Virus record (IMG/VR): IMGVR_UViG_3300025131_000032
Span: 1 to 63,828 of that record
Reading direction: 5' to 3' (one strand)
Source of the DNA: a virus
Taxonomy: Duplodnaviria; Caudoviricetes
DNA: 63,828 nucleotides
Shown here: positions 17,561 to 26,840 of the stretch, piece by piece
Layout of the letters: the number at the start of each line of letters is the position of its first letter
Position numbering within the stretch: position 1 is the stretch's first letter
The notes under the pieces: generated by a model
The model's input: only the letters and a program-made list of their open reading frames with translations
Databases searched by the model: none
Told to the model about the DNA's origin: nothing
Made by a program: the position numbers and the translations under genes

Positions 17561-18103
17561 GTGTTATCGTGGATTGCAGACTACCTGGAACTGCTCCTCT
17601 CGGTCATCCCCAGGATTACGGCGATCGAGGAGAACCGGACGGCATTACGGTGCCGCTGGGGGAAGTTCACAGTAGTTGAGTCAGGCCGCTGGTTCTGGTA
17701 CTGGCCCGTCTCAACAACAATTCAGAGCTGGCCAAGCAACCTAGTGCCAGCAGAACTCCCCCAGCAGGCTCTCACAACCAATGATGGCCACACCATCATG
17801 GTAACTGGGATCTTTTCTTACCGCATCAAAGACTTCCTCCAGCTCACTCTCGAGCTATACGACGCCGCCGGCTCAGTCGATGAGATCGTGGCGGGCATCC
17901 TGGCTGAATACGTCAGAGATCGCAACCTAGAAGACCTCGTGGCCGACTCTGACAGCCTGCGAGCCCTTGCCACCGAGGCCCTGGAACCCTACGCCGTCAC
18001 TGTCGAGCGGTTCTGGCTGGTTGATCTCGTCACCGACCCATACGTTGTTAGACACTACGGCATCCGCGCACCCGAACCCACTCAAGAGGCTACCGATGGC
18101 TAA
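17561..18103 (+). CDS. SPFH/band-7 domain protein
   Basis: AGGAGG RBS; RWGKF..V.SG..FWYWP, QALTTNDG.TI.V.GI..YRIKD. Confidence 0.75.
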   Translation: MLSWIADYLELLLSVIPRITAIEENRTALRCRWGKFTVVESGRWFWYWPVSTTIQSWPSNLVPAELPQQALTTNDGHTIMVTGIFSYRIKDFLQLTLELYDAAGSVDEIVAGILAEYVRDRNLEDLVADSDSLRALATEALEPYAVTVERFWLVDLVTDPYVVRHYGIRAPEPTQEATDG

Positions 18104-18353
18104 GAAGAAGTTACGGCTCACCAAAGTCACTAAGCGCCAATCTTGGAGCTGGAACTCCCAGATGAATAAGGCGAAGTTTGACGTGGTCTGTGAGGAGAGC
18201 AGGAATTATCTCACGGGCCAATACCCTGAAATTAAATCAATTACGCATCTCCACCGCGAACTGGTGAAGCACAATATTCTCCCCAAGGAGATCACCTCCC
18301 AGCAGTTTCGCCGGTGGTTTAGCGAAATGAGGCTCGAATGGGAAAGCGACTGA
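18096..18353 (+). CDS. hypothetical basic protein
   Basis: GAGG RBS; overlaps both neighbours. Confidence 0.5.
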   Translation: MAKKKLRLTKVTKRQSWSWNSQMNKAKFDVVCEESRNYLTGQYPEIKSITHLHRELVKHNILPKEITSQQFRRWFSEMRLEWESD

Positions 18354-19282
18354 GTCCGACCAAGGAAGACGGGAACGAGGTCAAGGCGCTACGGAAGAAG
18401 AATGCCGAGCTCCAGAAGATCATCGAAAGGATGACGCAGGAGCACGAGGACCAGCGGAAGGCGAAGTTCACGATCCCCAAGGGGCGCATGACCTCACCCC
18501 GTGGCTCATTTATCAGGCTGGTGATCCCAGACACTCACGGTTGCTTCATTGAGAAGGCCGCCGCTCGAGCCATGCTTAAGGACGCCAGTAACTTTGACGT
18601 GAAGGAAGTGGTGTTCCTGGGTGACCATGTGGATTGCGGCGGTTTTCTTTCCGCGCACTCTCTCGCGTATGTTGCTGAGGCTGATTACACCTACCAGGAT
18701 GACATCAACTCGGCCAACGTCTTTCTAGACGAGGTCACCAAGGCTTGCCCTGGCGCGAAGAACTACTTCATCTGCGGCAATCACGAGAGGCGGGTCGAAC
18801 GATGGTGCTTGACCCAGGCCGTCAAGAACGCCGTGGACGCCCAGATGCTCCTCAAGGCCCTAGATCCGGTATACCTTCTCCACTTGAAGGAGCGGGGGAT
18901 CGAGTACATTCACACGCTCGACAATACCCACAGCAAAGGGAACACGCGAAACACCCTCGAACTCGGGAAGTGCCTGTTCCTCCACGGCTACTCTCACGCC
19001 CAGCATGCCACCCAAACCACTCTGAATGACCTTGCCAAGAACGCGGTTGTTGGGCATATCCACCGCCGGCAGAGCTTCGCCAGGACCACGCACGCAAGCG
19101 ATATTGAGGCTTGGTGCCCAGGCTGCCTCACAGAGCGGCGGAAGTTCTATTGCCATGGCAGGCCCACACACCACAGCCATGGCTACGGCCTCCAGATCGT
19201 GAAGAAAGACGGTGCTTTTCTCCACATCAACGTCCCAATCATTAACGGGAAGTCGTATCTTTCGGCGTTGAAGTCGGTTTAA
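18338..19282 (+). CDS. calcineurin-like metallophosphoesterase
   Basis: DTH, GDHVD, GNHE, LHG, GHIH motifs. Confidence 0.9.
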   Translation: MGKRLSPTKEDGNEVKALRKKNAELQKIIERMTQEHEDQRKAKFTIPKGRMTSPRGSFIRLVIPDTHGCFIEKAAARAMLKDASNFDVKEVVFLGDHVDCGGFLSAHSLAYVAEADYTYQDDINSANVFLDEVTKACPGAKNYFICGNHERRVERWCLTQAVKNAVDAQMLLKALDPVYLLHLKERGIEYIHTLDNTHSKGNTRNTLELGKCLFLHGYSHAQHATQTTLNDLAKNAVVGHIHRRQSFARTTHASDIEAWCPGCLTERRKFYCHGRPTHHSHGYGLQIVKKDGAFLHINVPIINGKSYLSALKSV

Positions 19283-19330
19283 GCTGCCTGTAAAATCCGG
19301 TGTCAACCCCAACTTTTAGGAGAGTGCAAG

Positions 19331-20008
19331 ATGCAACCTATTGCCAAGATCCTGCTATTTACAGCCAGTGTCATTACTGGGCCGGTCGCCTATGCGCAGA
19401 CCGAGGCTGCAATCGTGGACACATTCCGCGAGGGTGAGACCATCATTATCGTCACCATCAAGGATGGGATCGTGTCTCACCGGATCGTCCGGCGCAGCAT
19501 TAAGACGACCAGCGGGGGGCCGCCTCCGCCAGTGTCTCCAATCCCGCCAGGGAACTCTGGCCTCACCGCTTTCGTGGAGAACGCGGCCAAGGCAGTTGAC
19601 CATGCCGATAAAGACGAGATCAACAGCGAGTTGGCCCACGTCTACACCTCGGTCGCCAACCAGATCAGCGATGGCAAGATCATTTCCCCGCAAGTCGCCG
19701 CGGATGTGATGAAGGAAGCGGTGAGGATCTACCTGCAGTCGGCTCGCAAGACTGATGCGTGGGACAAGTTACAGTCGGACATCCAAGACCAGCTAACCCA
19801 GCGCAACCTCCGCACTGTAGATGATGTGGAGACCGCGATACGGGAAATAGCGGCGGGGTTCTCGCAGTCCTCGACAGCGGCGCTGAACCCCAAGCGGATT
19901 CGGGTGATCTTGAAATTGGTCATGGCAATCCTCTCGAAGGATCCGGTTTCAGTAGTGGCGGTGATTATCGAGTTGGTGGAAATGATCCGCATCGGCAGGG
20001 GAGGGTAG
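19331..20008 (+). CDS. exported/membrane protein with signal peptide and Pro linker
   Basis: N-terminal signal ending AYA-Q, PPPPVSPIPP linker, hydrophobic C-terminus. Confidence 0.65.
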   Translation: MQPIAKILLFTASVITGPVAYAQTEAAIVDTFREGETIIIVTIKDGIVSHRIVRRSIKTTSGGPPPPVSPIPPGNSGLTAFVENAAKAVDHADKDEINSELAHVYTSVANQISDGKIISPQVAADVMKEAVRIYLQSARKTDAWDKLQSDIQDQLTQRNLRTVDDVETAIREIAAGFSQSSTAALNPKRIRVILKLVMAILSKDPVSVVAVIIELVEMIRIGRGG

Positions 20009-20012
20009 GGCT

Positions 20013-21014
20013 GTGGGACGCAAGGAACTCGACTGGGCCTATAAGACGGGTGCGTTCTGGGCTACGGGAACGACTGATATCGATCCGTCGCACCTGGAGA
20101 CGCTCAAGATAACCTCACCAGAGGCCCGTGCGGCGTTCAAGCACGTTCAGGAGATGCACAGGCCCGTCTGGGACGTGTTCTCCTCGATGTACTGGGCGGA
20201 TGTTCCCGAACCTGACGGGGGCTTAGATGACCCCACAGTGAATATGATCGCAGCCTTCGACAACCCCAAGAGTCCCGTTAACCGCTGTCCCTTGCCTGAT
20301 GTCGCGCCCCCAGAGAACGCCAGCTTCCACTATGACGACCCGCTCGTTCAGGCGGCCGTCCTGGCTCAGCAGCACAGCGCTGCCGTTGGGAAGGGGAGTT
20401 GGCCGGCAGGGTGCCACGAGGACATCTACGCTGGCCATGCGATCACATTCAGCGTGGATCGCTCTAAGGCTCCCATGTCAGAGGAAGTCATCGACAAGAT
20501 CCTCCGCAACTGCAGCCAGGCGTATGGCGAGATCGGCGCCTTAATGCAGGAAGTGGAAGACCCAGACTACGCTGACATCAACGTGAGTTGGCGCCTACTC
20601 CGCGGCGGGACTATCGGCCTGGCCCAGTTCAACAGCCAGTCGTGCCGGGATACGGTGTTCTGCTATCTGGATCCAGGCTACAACCCGTCGATCACCCAAG
20701 TCAGTCGGCTACTACTCCATGAGTGGGGGCACAATGTCAACTTGCAACATACTCGGGGCGGCGTTATGCATCCCAGTATCCTCCAGGGGTTCGAGGGCTG
20801 GGAACGCGACGACCCGAGCTACAATACGTTAGTCTCCTACTTTGGAGGCGAACCAGTGAGCGTTGTTCCGCCGGTCACTCCGAAAGACCCGGAGCCAATA
20901 CCGCACGAGGTGGTAGGCCGTTTCGAGGATCGCGGTTCTTCGTATGTGATCACGAGAGTTGGGCAGGAACCGGACGAGGGCGATGATAATGCGCCACCAA
21001 TTAACTGGGGATGA
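20013..21014 (+). CDS. matrixin-like (M10) zinc metalloprotease with prodomain
   Basis: cysteine-switch-like RCPLPDV, ADINVSW, GGTIGLAQF, HEWGHNVNLQH, Met-turn VMHP. Confidence 0.85.
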   Translation: MGRKELDWAYKTGAFWATGTTDIDPSHLETLKITSPEARAAFKHVQEMHRPVWDVFSSMYWADVPEPDGGLDDPTVNMIAAFDNPKSPVNRCPLPDVAPPENASFHYDDPLVQAAVLAQQHSAAVGKGSWPAGCHEDIYAGHAITFSVDRSKAPMSEEVIDKILRNCSQAYGEIGALMQEVEDPDYADINVSWRLLRGGTIGLAQFNSQSCRDTVFCYLDPGYNPSITQVSRLLLHEWGHNVNLQHTRGGVMHPSILQGFEGWERDDPSYNTLVSYFGGEPVSVVPPVTPKDPEPIPHEVVGRFEDRGSSYVITRVGQEPDEGDDNAPPINWG

Positions 21015-21018
21015 GTCG

Positions 21019-21348
21019 ATGGCAGTAAAGACTTCGGAATGGATAGCTTGGATCAGCCGCATTGTGACGCTACTGCTTGCGCCATTTATCGGGATCCTGA
21101 CATGGTACGGGTCAAACCTCTTCACGATGGCCGAATCTAACCGGGCTGCCGTCCACAAGAACGCAACCGAGATCTACGGCATCCGGCAGAATAGGTACAC
21201 AGGCAAGGAAGCCGCGGCAGACAGGCTTTTAGAGCGGGAAGACATGAAGGAATTCATCCGGCTCAACATCGACCCGATCCACAGCTCGCTGGCTGAAATC
21301 AAAGCAGCGGTCAAAGAAAACCGAGATGCAATCAGGGATCTGAAATAG
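21019..21348 (+). CDS. holin/anti-holin-like membrane protein
   Basis: one N-terminal TM followed by a coiled coil. Confidence 0.5.
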   Translation: MAVKTSEWIAWISRIVTLLLAPFIGILTWYGSNLFTMAESNRAAVHKNATEIYGIRQNRYTGKEAAADRLLEREDMKEFIRLNIDPIHSSLAEIKAAVKENRDAIRDLK

Positions 21349-21359
21349 GAAGGGTAACC

Positions 21360-21596
21360 ATGGCGAGGCAACGCGGGCTGCGGGCGAGCATGGACAGAGT
21401 CGAAGGGAATGCCCACTACACGATGAATTCCCTCCGATCCACCGCACTTGAGCTGATCGAGGAGCTTGAGGACGGCATTACGATCCGCATTACAAAGGTC
21501 GGTGAGGGCAGTGTTATGGACTTCCTGATGGGCAGGCTCGAGGAATGTCCCATCGGGTTGCGTATCGATCTCAGAGAGGACGATGAAGGCAACTAG
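21360..21596 (+). CDS. hypothetical protein
   Basis: RBS; in operon. Confidence 0.55.
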   Translation: MARQRGLRASMDRVEGNAHYTMNSLRSTALELIEELEDGITIRITKVGEGSVMDFLMGRLEECPIGLRIDLREDDEGN

Positions 21597-21625
21597 GCCG
21601 CATGGCCGCATTAAGGGTGAGAACA

Positions 21626-21811
21626 ATGGTTGATGTAGTGAAGAAATCGCTTTCTGGGAAGAAGACCTATTTCGTCGCTGTCGGCATGGCAATGTACGCC
21701 ATCGGTGGCGCAATTACGGGTGCTCACGACTACGGCCACATGGTCGAGGTGTTGATCCAGGCCGCTGGCTTGATCGCACTCCGCCTTGGTGTCGAGAAGG
21801 CGGGAGCTTAA
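21626..21811 (+). CDS. small holin-like protein
   Basis: LSGKKTY followed by two TM segments and LRLGV. Confidence 0.55.
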   Translation: MVDVVKKSLSGKKTYFVAVGMAMYAIGGAITGAHDYGHMVEVLIQAAGLIALRLGVEKAGA

Positions 21812-21885
21812 TTTAGCGCGGCAGGTAGGGCGTGCAGCTGGGACAATAACTCCCGCGCCGCCCGCCCTGTTGCTAAAGGTAAGAC

Positions 21886-22995
21886 ATGGCAGACGCTCAA
21901 ATCGAAGATGTTGGCGTAACGATTACGTCAGGGAACCTAGCTTCTGGCGACATCTTCGTCTGTGTTGACATCTCCGACACGACCGACGATGGCAACGGCA
22001 CGACTGCCAACATTACATGGGCCTCCATGCTTGGGACGGGTCTGACGTTTGCCGCTGCGGGTGGGTTGACGACCACTTCAGCCGACTTGACGCTGACGGC
22101 TGGCGGGTCTAATGATGTCGTCCTTGTTGGGAATACAGCCAGCGGCTTGGCGTCTCATAGCCCCAAGACGATTGCCAGCTGGACGAGCGGCACAGCTAAT
22201 AGTTACCTCAACCTGAAAGAGGCGACGAACGCTGCATATCTTGCCGTCCAGGGCACATCAGGCGGCGCAAACATCTCCCTTGTTGACCTTAGTGGCGCAA
22301 GTAATGACAAGTGGATGAACTTCAACATGGACGGGGGGAAGCTGACCCTTGAGTCCCATACTGATGCTGGCGGCGCAGGGGTCAGTAATATCCAGACATG
22401 GGACAATGGCACGGGAAATGTTGTATTCGGCGCTGCTGGTGCATCGACAGCCAGGCTTTACATCGCTGGCGGCAGATTGCAGATCGACAACGATGAAACA
22501 TTCACGATGCTCAATGCGGCATCTGGGACGGGCGGCACGATCTATTGCGACACATCTGATGATGTCCACTTCACTGTCGGCGGCACCACCGCAATCACGC
22601 TAGACGAGACAAACGACGAGATTGAACTGAAGGTTGGTTTGCAGCATGGCAGCAATGCCGCCAGCATTAGCAGCAACGCCGTTACGCTCGACATGGGGGT
22701 CAGTAACACCTATGCCCTCGACCTCGCGGCAGCAACTGGCGACGTAACGATAACGCTCACTGAACCCAATGGCGATATGATCGGGTTTATCGATGTCAAA
22801 CAAGATTCGGGGATGATGGCGCGCGGTATAACCTGGGCTTCGTCAGGCTCAGCGACGTTTCACTGGGTAGACGAAAACGTGACCGGCGAGCCGTCTTGGA
22901 GTTTCGATACCCCTTCAAGCCACCGGATGATTTCCGTCCGATACATTAAGAGTCTTGATCGCTTTGTAATGCACGCACTTGGCGAATACACATAG
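21886..22995 (+). CDS. tail fibre/spike-like protein
   Basis: G/T/S/N-rich beta-type sequence; C-terminal TLD...VKQD..AR.ITW..W..G.P receptor-binding-like domain. Confidence 0.55.
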   Translation: MADAQIEDVGVTITSGNLASGDIFVCVDISDTTDDGNGTTANITWASMLGTGLTFAAAGGLTTTSADLTLTAGGSNDVVLVGNTASGLASHSPKTIASWTSGTANSYLNLKEATNAAYLAVQGTSGGANISLVDLSGASNDKWMNFNMDGGKLTLESHTDAGGAGVSNIQTWDNGTGNVVFGAAGASTARLYIAGGRLQIDNDETFTMLNAASGTGGTIYCDTSDDVHFTVGGTTAITLDETNDEIELKVGLQHGSNAASISSNAVTLDMGVSNTYALDLAAATGDVTITLTEPNGDMIGFIDVKQDSGMMARGITWASSGSATFHWVDENVTGEPSWSFDTPSSHRMISVRYIKSLDRFVMHALGEYT

Positions 22996-23006
22996 GGACA
23001 CCAAAT

Positions 23007-24944
23007 GTGGCTGACGACAGACTTCTCATCCGCAGCGGCGATGCCCTACTTATCCGGGCAGGGGACGCTCTGCTTATTCGGGCTGCCGTTGCCGGTGTGT
23101 CGATCCCGGTATTCCAGAACCACTATCGTCAACAGGCCGATCAAATGAACTATCTCAAGCAATCAACTGCCTCCCAGGCGATTACGCTTGGCCCGTTCGT
23201 TGATTCGACTGACGGCGACACAACAGAGACTGGCCTGACAATTGCGAACACTGACATTCTGCTGTCGAAATCTGGTGGGGCGTCGGCGGCGAAGAACTCA
23301 GGCGGCGCAACTCACGATTCGGGCGGAACCTACACAGCAACCCTTGACGCCACCGACACCAACACGGTTGGCACTCTCGATGTGACGGTTCATGTCTCCG
23401 GCGCCCTGTACGTCAAGCGGTCGTTCCAAGTGCTCGAAGAAGCGATCTACGACGCCCTGATAGGAGCCTCCGCAACCGGATTCAATTCCTCCGGCCAGAT
23501 TGCCTTGCTCACGGCTACACAAGCGAGCATCGACGCAATCGAGACTGATACCTCGACAACGCTTCAGGGCGAACTCGATGCGATACAGGCTGCTGTCATC
23601 ACCAACGCAGCAGGCACAGACATTGCAGCAGACATTATTGCAGTCAAGGCTGAGACCGCATCAATCCTGACAGACACCGCAGAGATTGGCGCTGCTGGGG
23701 CTGGCCTTTCTGACCTTGGCGGGATGAGCACGGGGATGAAGGCGGAAGTCAACGCTGAGTGCGACACTGCAATCACCGATGCTGCTCTTGCTACGGCAGC
23801 CAGCCTGGCGACAGTGGACACAGTGGTCGATGCGGTAAAAGCAGTAACCGATGTGCTTCCTGACAGTGGTGCTCTTACCTCGTTGGCTACCGCATCTGCT
23901 CTATCAATCGTAGACGGGATTGTAGATACGATCCTCCTCGACACAGCGGAATTGCAGACTAACCAAGGAAACTGGGCGACCGCAACAGGATTCTCAACTC
24001 ACACCGCTGCAAATGTTCGTACTGAGATGGACTCGAACAGCACGCAGTTGGCAGCCATCGTTGCGGACACTCAGGACATCCAGACCCAAGTTGGCACTGC
24101 AGGCGCCGGACTCACAGACCTTGGTGGTTTCAGTACGGCCGCCAAGGCTGAGATCGAATCGGAAGCAAATGACGCCCTAGTCGTGCTCCAATTGGATCAC
24201 CTGCTCCATGTGGCCGACGCTTCGACCACTACAAACAACTCCATCATCGCCAAGATAGCTAGTAAGTCAGCAACGGCGGCCTTCTCGTCATTCGTGAATA
24301 CGACAGACAGCCTTGAGGCGTTGCGAGATAACCAAGGTGGCGGAGGTGGTGGTGATGCAACTGAGGCCAAGCAAGACCTCATTATCGCTGCTGTCATCAC
24401 CAACGCTGCAGGCACAGACATTGCAGCAGACATTATTGCAGTCAAGGCTGAGACTGCCAGTATCCTCGTTGACACTGGCACCACCTTGCCAGCCTCGATC
24501 GCTACTATCGATTCAAATGTCGATGCTATTTTGGTTGATACGGGCACTACCATCCCGGCCACCTTAGCGACAATCGACGGGATCGTGGACTCCATTCTCG
24601 TTGACACGGGGGCCACCCTGCCCGCTACCCTAGCCACCATCGACTCCAACGTGGACGCAATCCTGGTTGATACAGCCACGACGATCCCCGCCAGCATCTC
24701 AGCCCTAAACGACATCTCAGCCGCGGATGTGAACGCCCAGGTGGTTGATGTGGTTTCGACAGACCTCCGCGTTGACGGCTATTCCTTGACGGATGCCACC
24801 CAGATCATTGCCGCGGCATGTTGCGGGCGAGTCTCTGGAGCCGGCACAGCCACCGAGGTCTTCAAAGGGCTTGATGAGTCAACTACTCGTATCACAGCCT
24901 CCGTGGACTCGAGCGGAAACCGAACCGACCTCGTCTATGTGTAG
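23007..24944 (+). CDS. repeat-rich fibre-like virion protein
   Basis: N-terminal GPFVDSTDG.T.ETGLTI...SK domain; 22-aa TIDSNVDAILVDTGTT.PA repeats. Confidence 0.6.
   Translation: MADDRLLIRSGDALLIRAGDALLIRAAVAGVSIPVFQNHYRQQADQMNYLKQSTASQAITLGPFVDSTDGDTTETGLTIANTDILLSKSGGASAAKNSGGATHDSGGTYTATLDATDTNTVGTLDVTVHVSGALYVKRSFQVLEEAIYDALIGASATGFNSSGQIALLTATQASIDAIETDTSTTLQGELDAIQAAVITNAAGTDIAADIIAVKAETASILTDTAEIGAAGAGLSDLGGMSTGMKAEVNAECDTAITDAALATAASLATVDTVVDAVKAVTDVLPDSGALTSLATASALSIVDGIVDTILLDTAELQTNQGNWATATGFSTHTAANVRTEMDSNSTQLAAIVADTQDIQTQVGTAGAGLTDLGGFSTAAKAEIESEANDALVVLQLDHLLHVADASTTTNNSIIAKIASKSATAAFSSFVNTTDSLEALRDNQGGGGGGDATEAKQDLIIAAVITNAAGTDIAADIIAVKAETASILVDTGTTLPASIATIDSNVDAILVDTGTTIPATLATIDGIVDSILVDTGATLPATLATIDSNVDAILVDTATTIPASISALNDISAADVNAQVVDVVSTDLRVDGYSLTDATQIIAAACCGRVSGAGTATEVFKGLDESTTRITASVDSSGNRTDLVYV
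23589..24454 (+). repeat. 68-bp internal duplication (23589-23656 and 24387-24454)
   Basis: one mismatch; encodes AAVITNAAGTDIAADIIAVKAET. Confidence 0.9.
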
Positions 24945-24951
24945 GTGAATC

Positions 24952-25245
24952 ATGGCTAAACGTACCTTCGCCTCTCGCATGTTCATGGCGAACCACTACG
25001 CCTCCGGTATGTGGGCAGGCGCAGCATCGACAGCAACCACCCTCTGCTACAGCCCTACCCACTCGGTGGGCTCAGTCGAGCAGTACACCCCCGAGAGCCT
25101 CACAGACGGCTCCTACACGCCGGCAGCCACTGTGCTGTCCTCTTACGTCCCCACCAGCTTGGAGCTCTCCTCGTACACTCCAGGGGCTGTAGCGGCGAAT
25201 ACCTGCTATCGCCCAGGTAAGCTCGGGGACTCCTGCGGGCCGTAG
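24952..25245 (+). CDS. small protein with Y-x-P repeats
   Basis: YSP, YTP, YTP, YVP, YTP, YRP at about 10-aa spacing. Confidence 0.55.
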   Translation: MAKRTFASRMFMANHYASGMWAGAASTATTLCYSPTHSVGSVEQYTPESLTDGSYTPAATVLSSYVPTSLELSSYTPGAVAANTCYRPGKLGDSCGP

Positions 25246-25357
25246 GCGCATAAAAACGCGGCGGCAAGTAACAGGAGCCGGGGAGGAGGTAGACCCCGTG
25301 GAGACGTTGCCCCTGTCACAAACGATCCGCATCACCAGACCGTGCCGCCGCTGATGT

Positions 25358-25450
25358 TCACTGCTCCAACCACCTAGATACCCAGGCCGCCGCTAAGAAT
25401 GCGGCTACATACAGGGCTAATTCCCAAAACCTTGACCAGAAACGGCTCAT
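25358..25450 (-). CDS. 30-aa hydrophobic peptide
   Basis: GAAGGGG RBS; MSRFWSRFWELALYVAAFLAAAWVSRWLEQ. Confidence 0.45.
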   Translation of the reverse strand: MSRFWSRFWELALYVAAFLAAAWVSRWLEQ

Positions 25451-25482
25451 CGCTGACCCCTTCCCAGTTGCCCCTGTCTAGC

Positions 25483-26613
25483 TTACTTCCGGTCCTGGGG
25501 CAAGTCCAGCTCGCAAATAGACTGCATGAACGCTATGACGAACTGGGCCGCCACCTGCGGGACGATAGCATTTCCCAGTCCACGCAACTTAGCCACTCTG
25601 GCGGGTATCCCTGAAGCCAGCGGGAATGTTCCGGGTTCAACTGGCCGATACTTTCCGTCTGAGCAGTAGAGGTAGTCTGCTTCTGCCCAGAACCCGCTTT
25701 CGCAGCGTCGCACGGCAGGGATCCGCCTGACTGATTCGGCCCCCCCTTGCTCCCATCGGTCGCCCTGGGAGTATTCCGACCGTTGGTCTTCGCAGCGTCT
25801 GACTCCGCCAGTTGCGCCATCGATTGCAGGTCGATCCCGCCGGACCGAGGACGCTTGGCCTTGCTCTCCCGTGTCTCCTCGCCCCCCGTCTTGGCATTGG
25901 GAGTCGCCCACCCCGCTAGTGCCACTGTCTTCCGGCTGGAGTCCGTGTTGCCTGCTTCGTTGTAGATCTTCTCCCCCGCCGCGTTGAACTTCGCTGGTGT
26001 CCCGGCCTGGGGAGTAGGCCACCCCGCCATCGTCGCCACATAGCTCAGAGGCTTCCCCCTGCTGTGCGCATCCCGCTTCGCGTTGAACTCCGGCGTTGCT
26101 GATTCGCTCCGATAGTCCCTCGCCGCTGCGGTAGGCCACCCAGAACAACCGTTGGCGGATGTGCGGCGCCCCGATGCCCGCAGCGCACAAATCGGCTGCC
26201 CCGAAGGCATATCCCAGTGCTTCCAGGTCAGCTTGTACTCCGGCGAGCCACGCCCGTCCAAGTTTGCTCGCAACCTGCTCTCCAAAGACAACTGGAGGGC
26301 GGCACTCGTCAATGAGGCGCCTGAACTCGGGCCAGAGGTGTCGCTCATCTGACTCCCCTTTCCGCTTACCGGCGGCACTGAAGGGCTGGCATGGACAACT
26401 TCCAGTCCAAACGGGAACATCGTCTGGCCAGCCTGCGAGTTGCAAGGCGTAAGGCCATCCCCCGATTCCTGCGAAGAAATGGCATTGGGTGTATTCTTTG
26501 AGTTCATCTGCTGTTACCTCACTAATACTGCGGTTGTCGATCCGGTCTAATTGTAACGGTAGCTGCTCCAACCACGCGCAAGCCTTAGCGTCGTTGTCGT
26601 TGGCGTAGATCAT
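25483..26613 (-). CDS. DNA (cytosine-5) methyltransferase, large (alpha-type) polypeptide lacking motif IX
   Basis: FFAGIGG, SCPCQPFS, EQV, HIRQRLFWVA, LRGLGNAIVP; start ATGA-coupled to the upstream gene. Confidence 0.88.
   Translation of the reverse strand: MIYANDNDAKACAWLEQLPLQLDRIDNRSISEVTADELKEYTQCHFFAGIGGWPYALQLAGWPDDVPVWTGSCPCQPFSAAGKRKGESDERHLWPEFRRLIDECRPPVVFGEQVASKLGRAWLAGVQADLEALGYAFGAADLCAAGIGAPHIRQRLFWVAYRSGEGLSERISNAGVQREAGCAQQGEASELCGDDGGVAYSPGRDTSEVQRGGGEDLQRSRQHGLQPEDSGTSGVGDSQCQDGGRGDTGEQGQASSVRRDRPAIDGATGGVRRCEDQRSEYSQGDRWEQGGAESVRRIPAVRRCESGFWAEADYLYCSDGKYRPVEPGTFPLASGIPARVAKLRGLGNAIVPQVAAQFVIAFMQSICELDLPQDRK
25533..26348 (-). CDS. overlapping alternative-frame (beta-type) MTase polypeptide carrying TRD-like repeats and motif IX
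   Basis: AAGGGGAG RBS; WPTAAARD/WPTPQA/WATPNA repeats; LNPEHSRWLQGYPPEW. Confidence 0.75.
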   Translation of the reverse strand: MSDTSGPSSGASLTSAALQLSLESRLRANLDGRGSPEYKLTWKHWDMPSGQPICALRASGRRTSANGCSGWPTAAARDYRSESATPEFNAKRDAHSRGKPLSYVATMAGWPTPQAGTPAKFNAAGEKIYNEAGNTDSSRKTVALAGWATPNAKTGGEETRESKAKRPRSGGIDLQSMAQLAESDAAKTNGRNTPRATDGSKGGPNQSGGSLPCDAAKAGSGQKQTTSTAQTESIGQLNPEHSRWLQGYPPEWLSCVDWEMLSSRRWRPSSS

Positions 26614-26840
26614 CCTCCTTGTACCCTCCTCACCTTCTGGTATGCACCCCCACCCATCGCGATCCACCCTGCCCGAGGCGTCACTGACCGAGGCGTGAGG
26701 TGCGTGTCGTCCTCATAAAAAACACGGGCGCCTGCCCGGAAAGCACGTTGCTCTTCGGTCCAGGTCGCCCGTATTGCGTCACGACGTTTGATAATCTCGT
26801 CGTGGTCTAGGTCGTCTTCGATGTCATCATGCCAAGCCAT
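26610..26840 (-). CDS. hypothetical protein
   Basis: coupled start and stop; EII.R...IRATW.EE...R. Confidence 0.6.
   Translation of the reverse strand: MAWHDDIEDDLDHDEIIKRRDAIRATWTEEQRAFRAGARVFYEDDTHLTPRSVTPRAGWIAMGGGAYQKVRRVQGG

Noticed and set aside
23589-24454. DGR template/variable repeat pair
   Set aside because: No reverse transcriptase is present, both copies are in frame within one gene, and the flanking differences are not adenine-specific.
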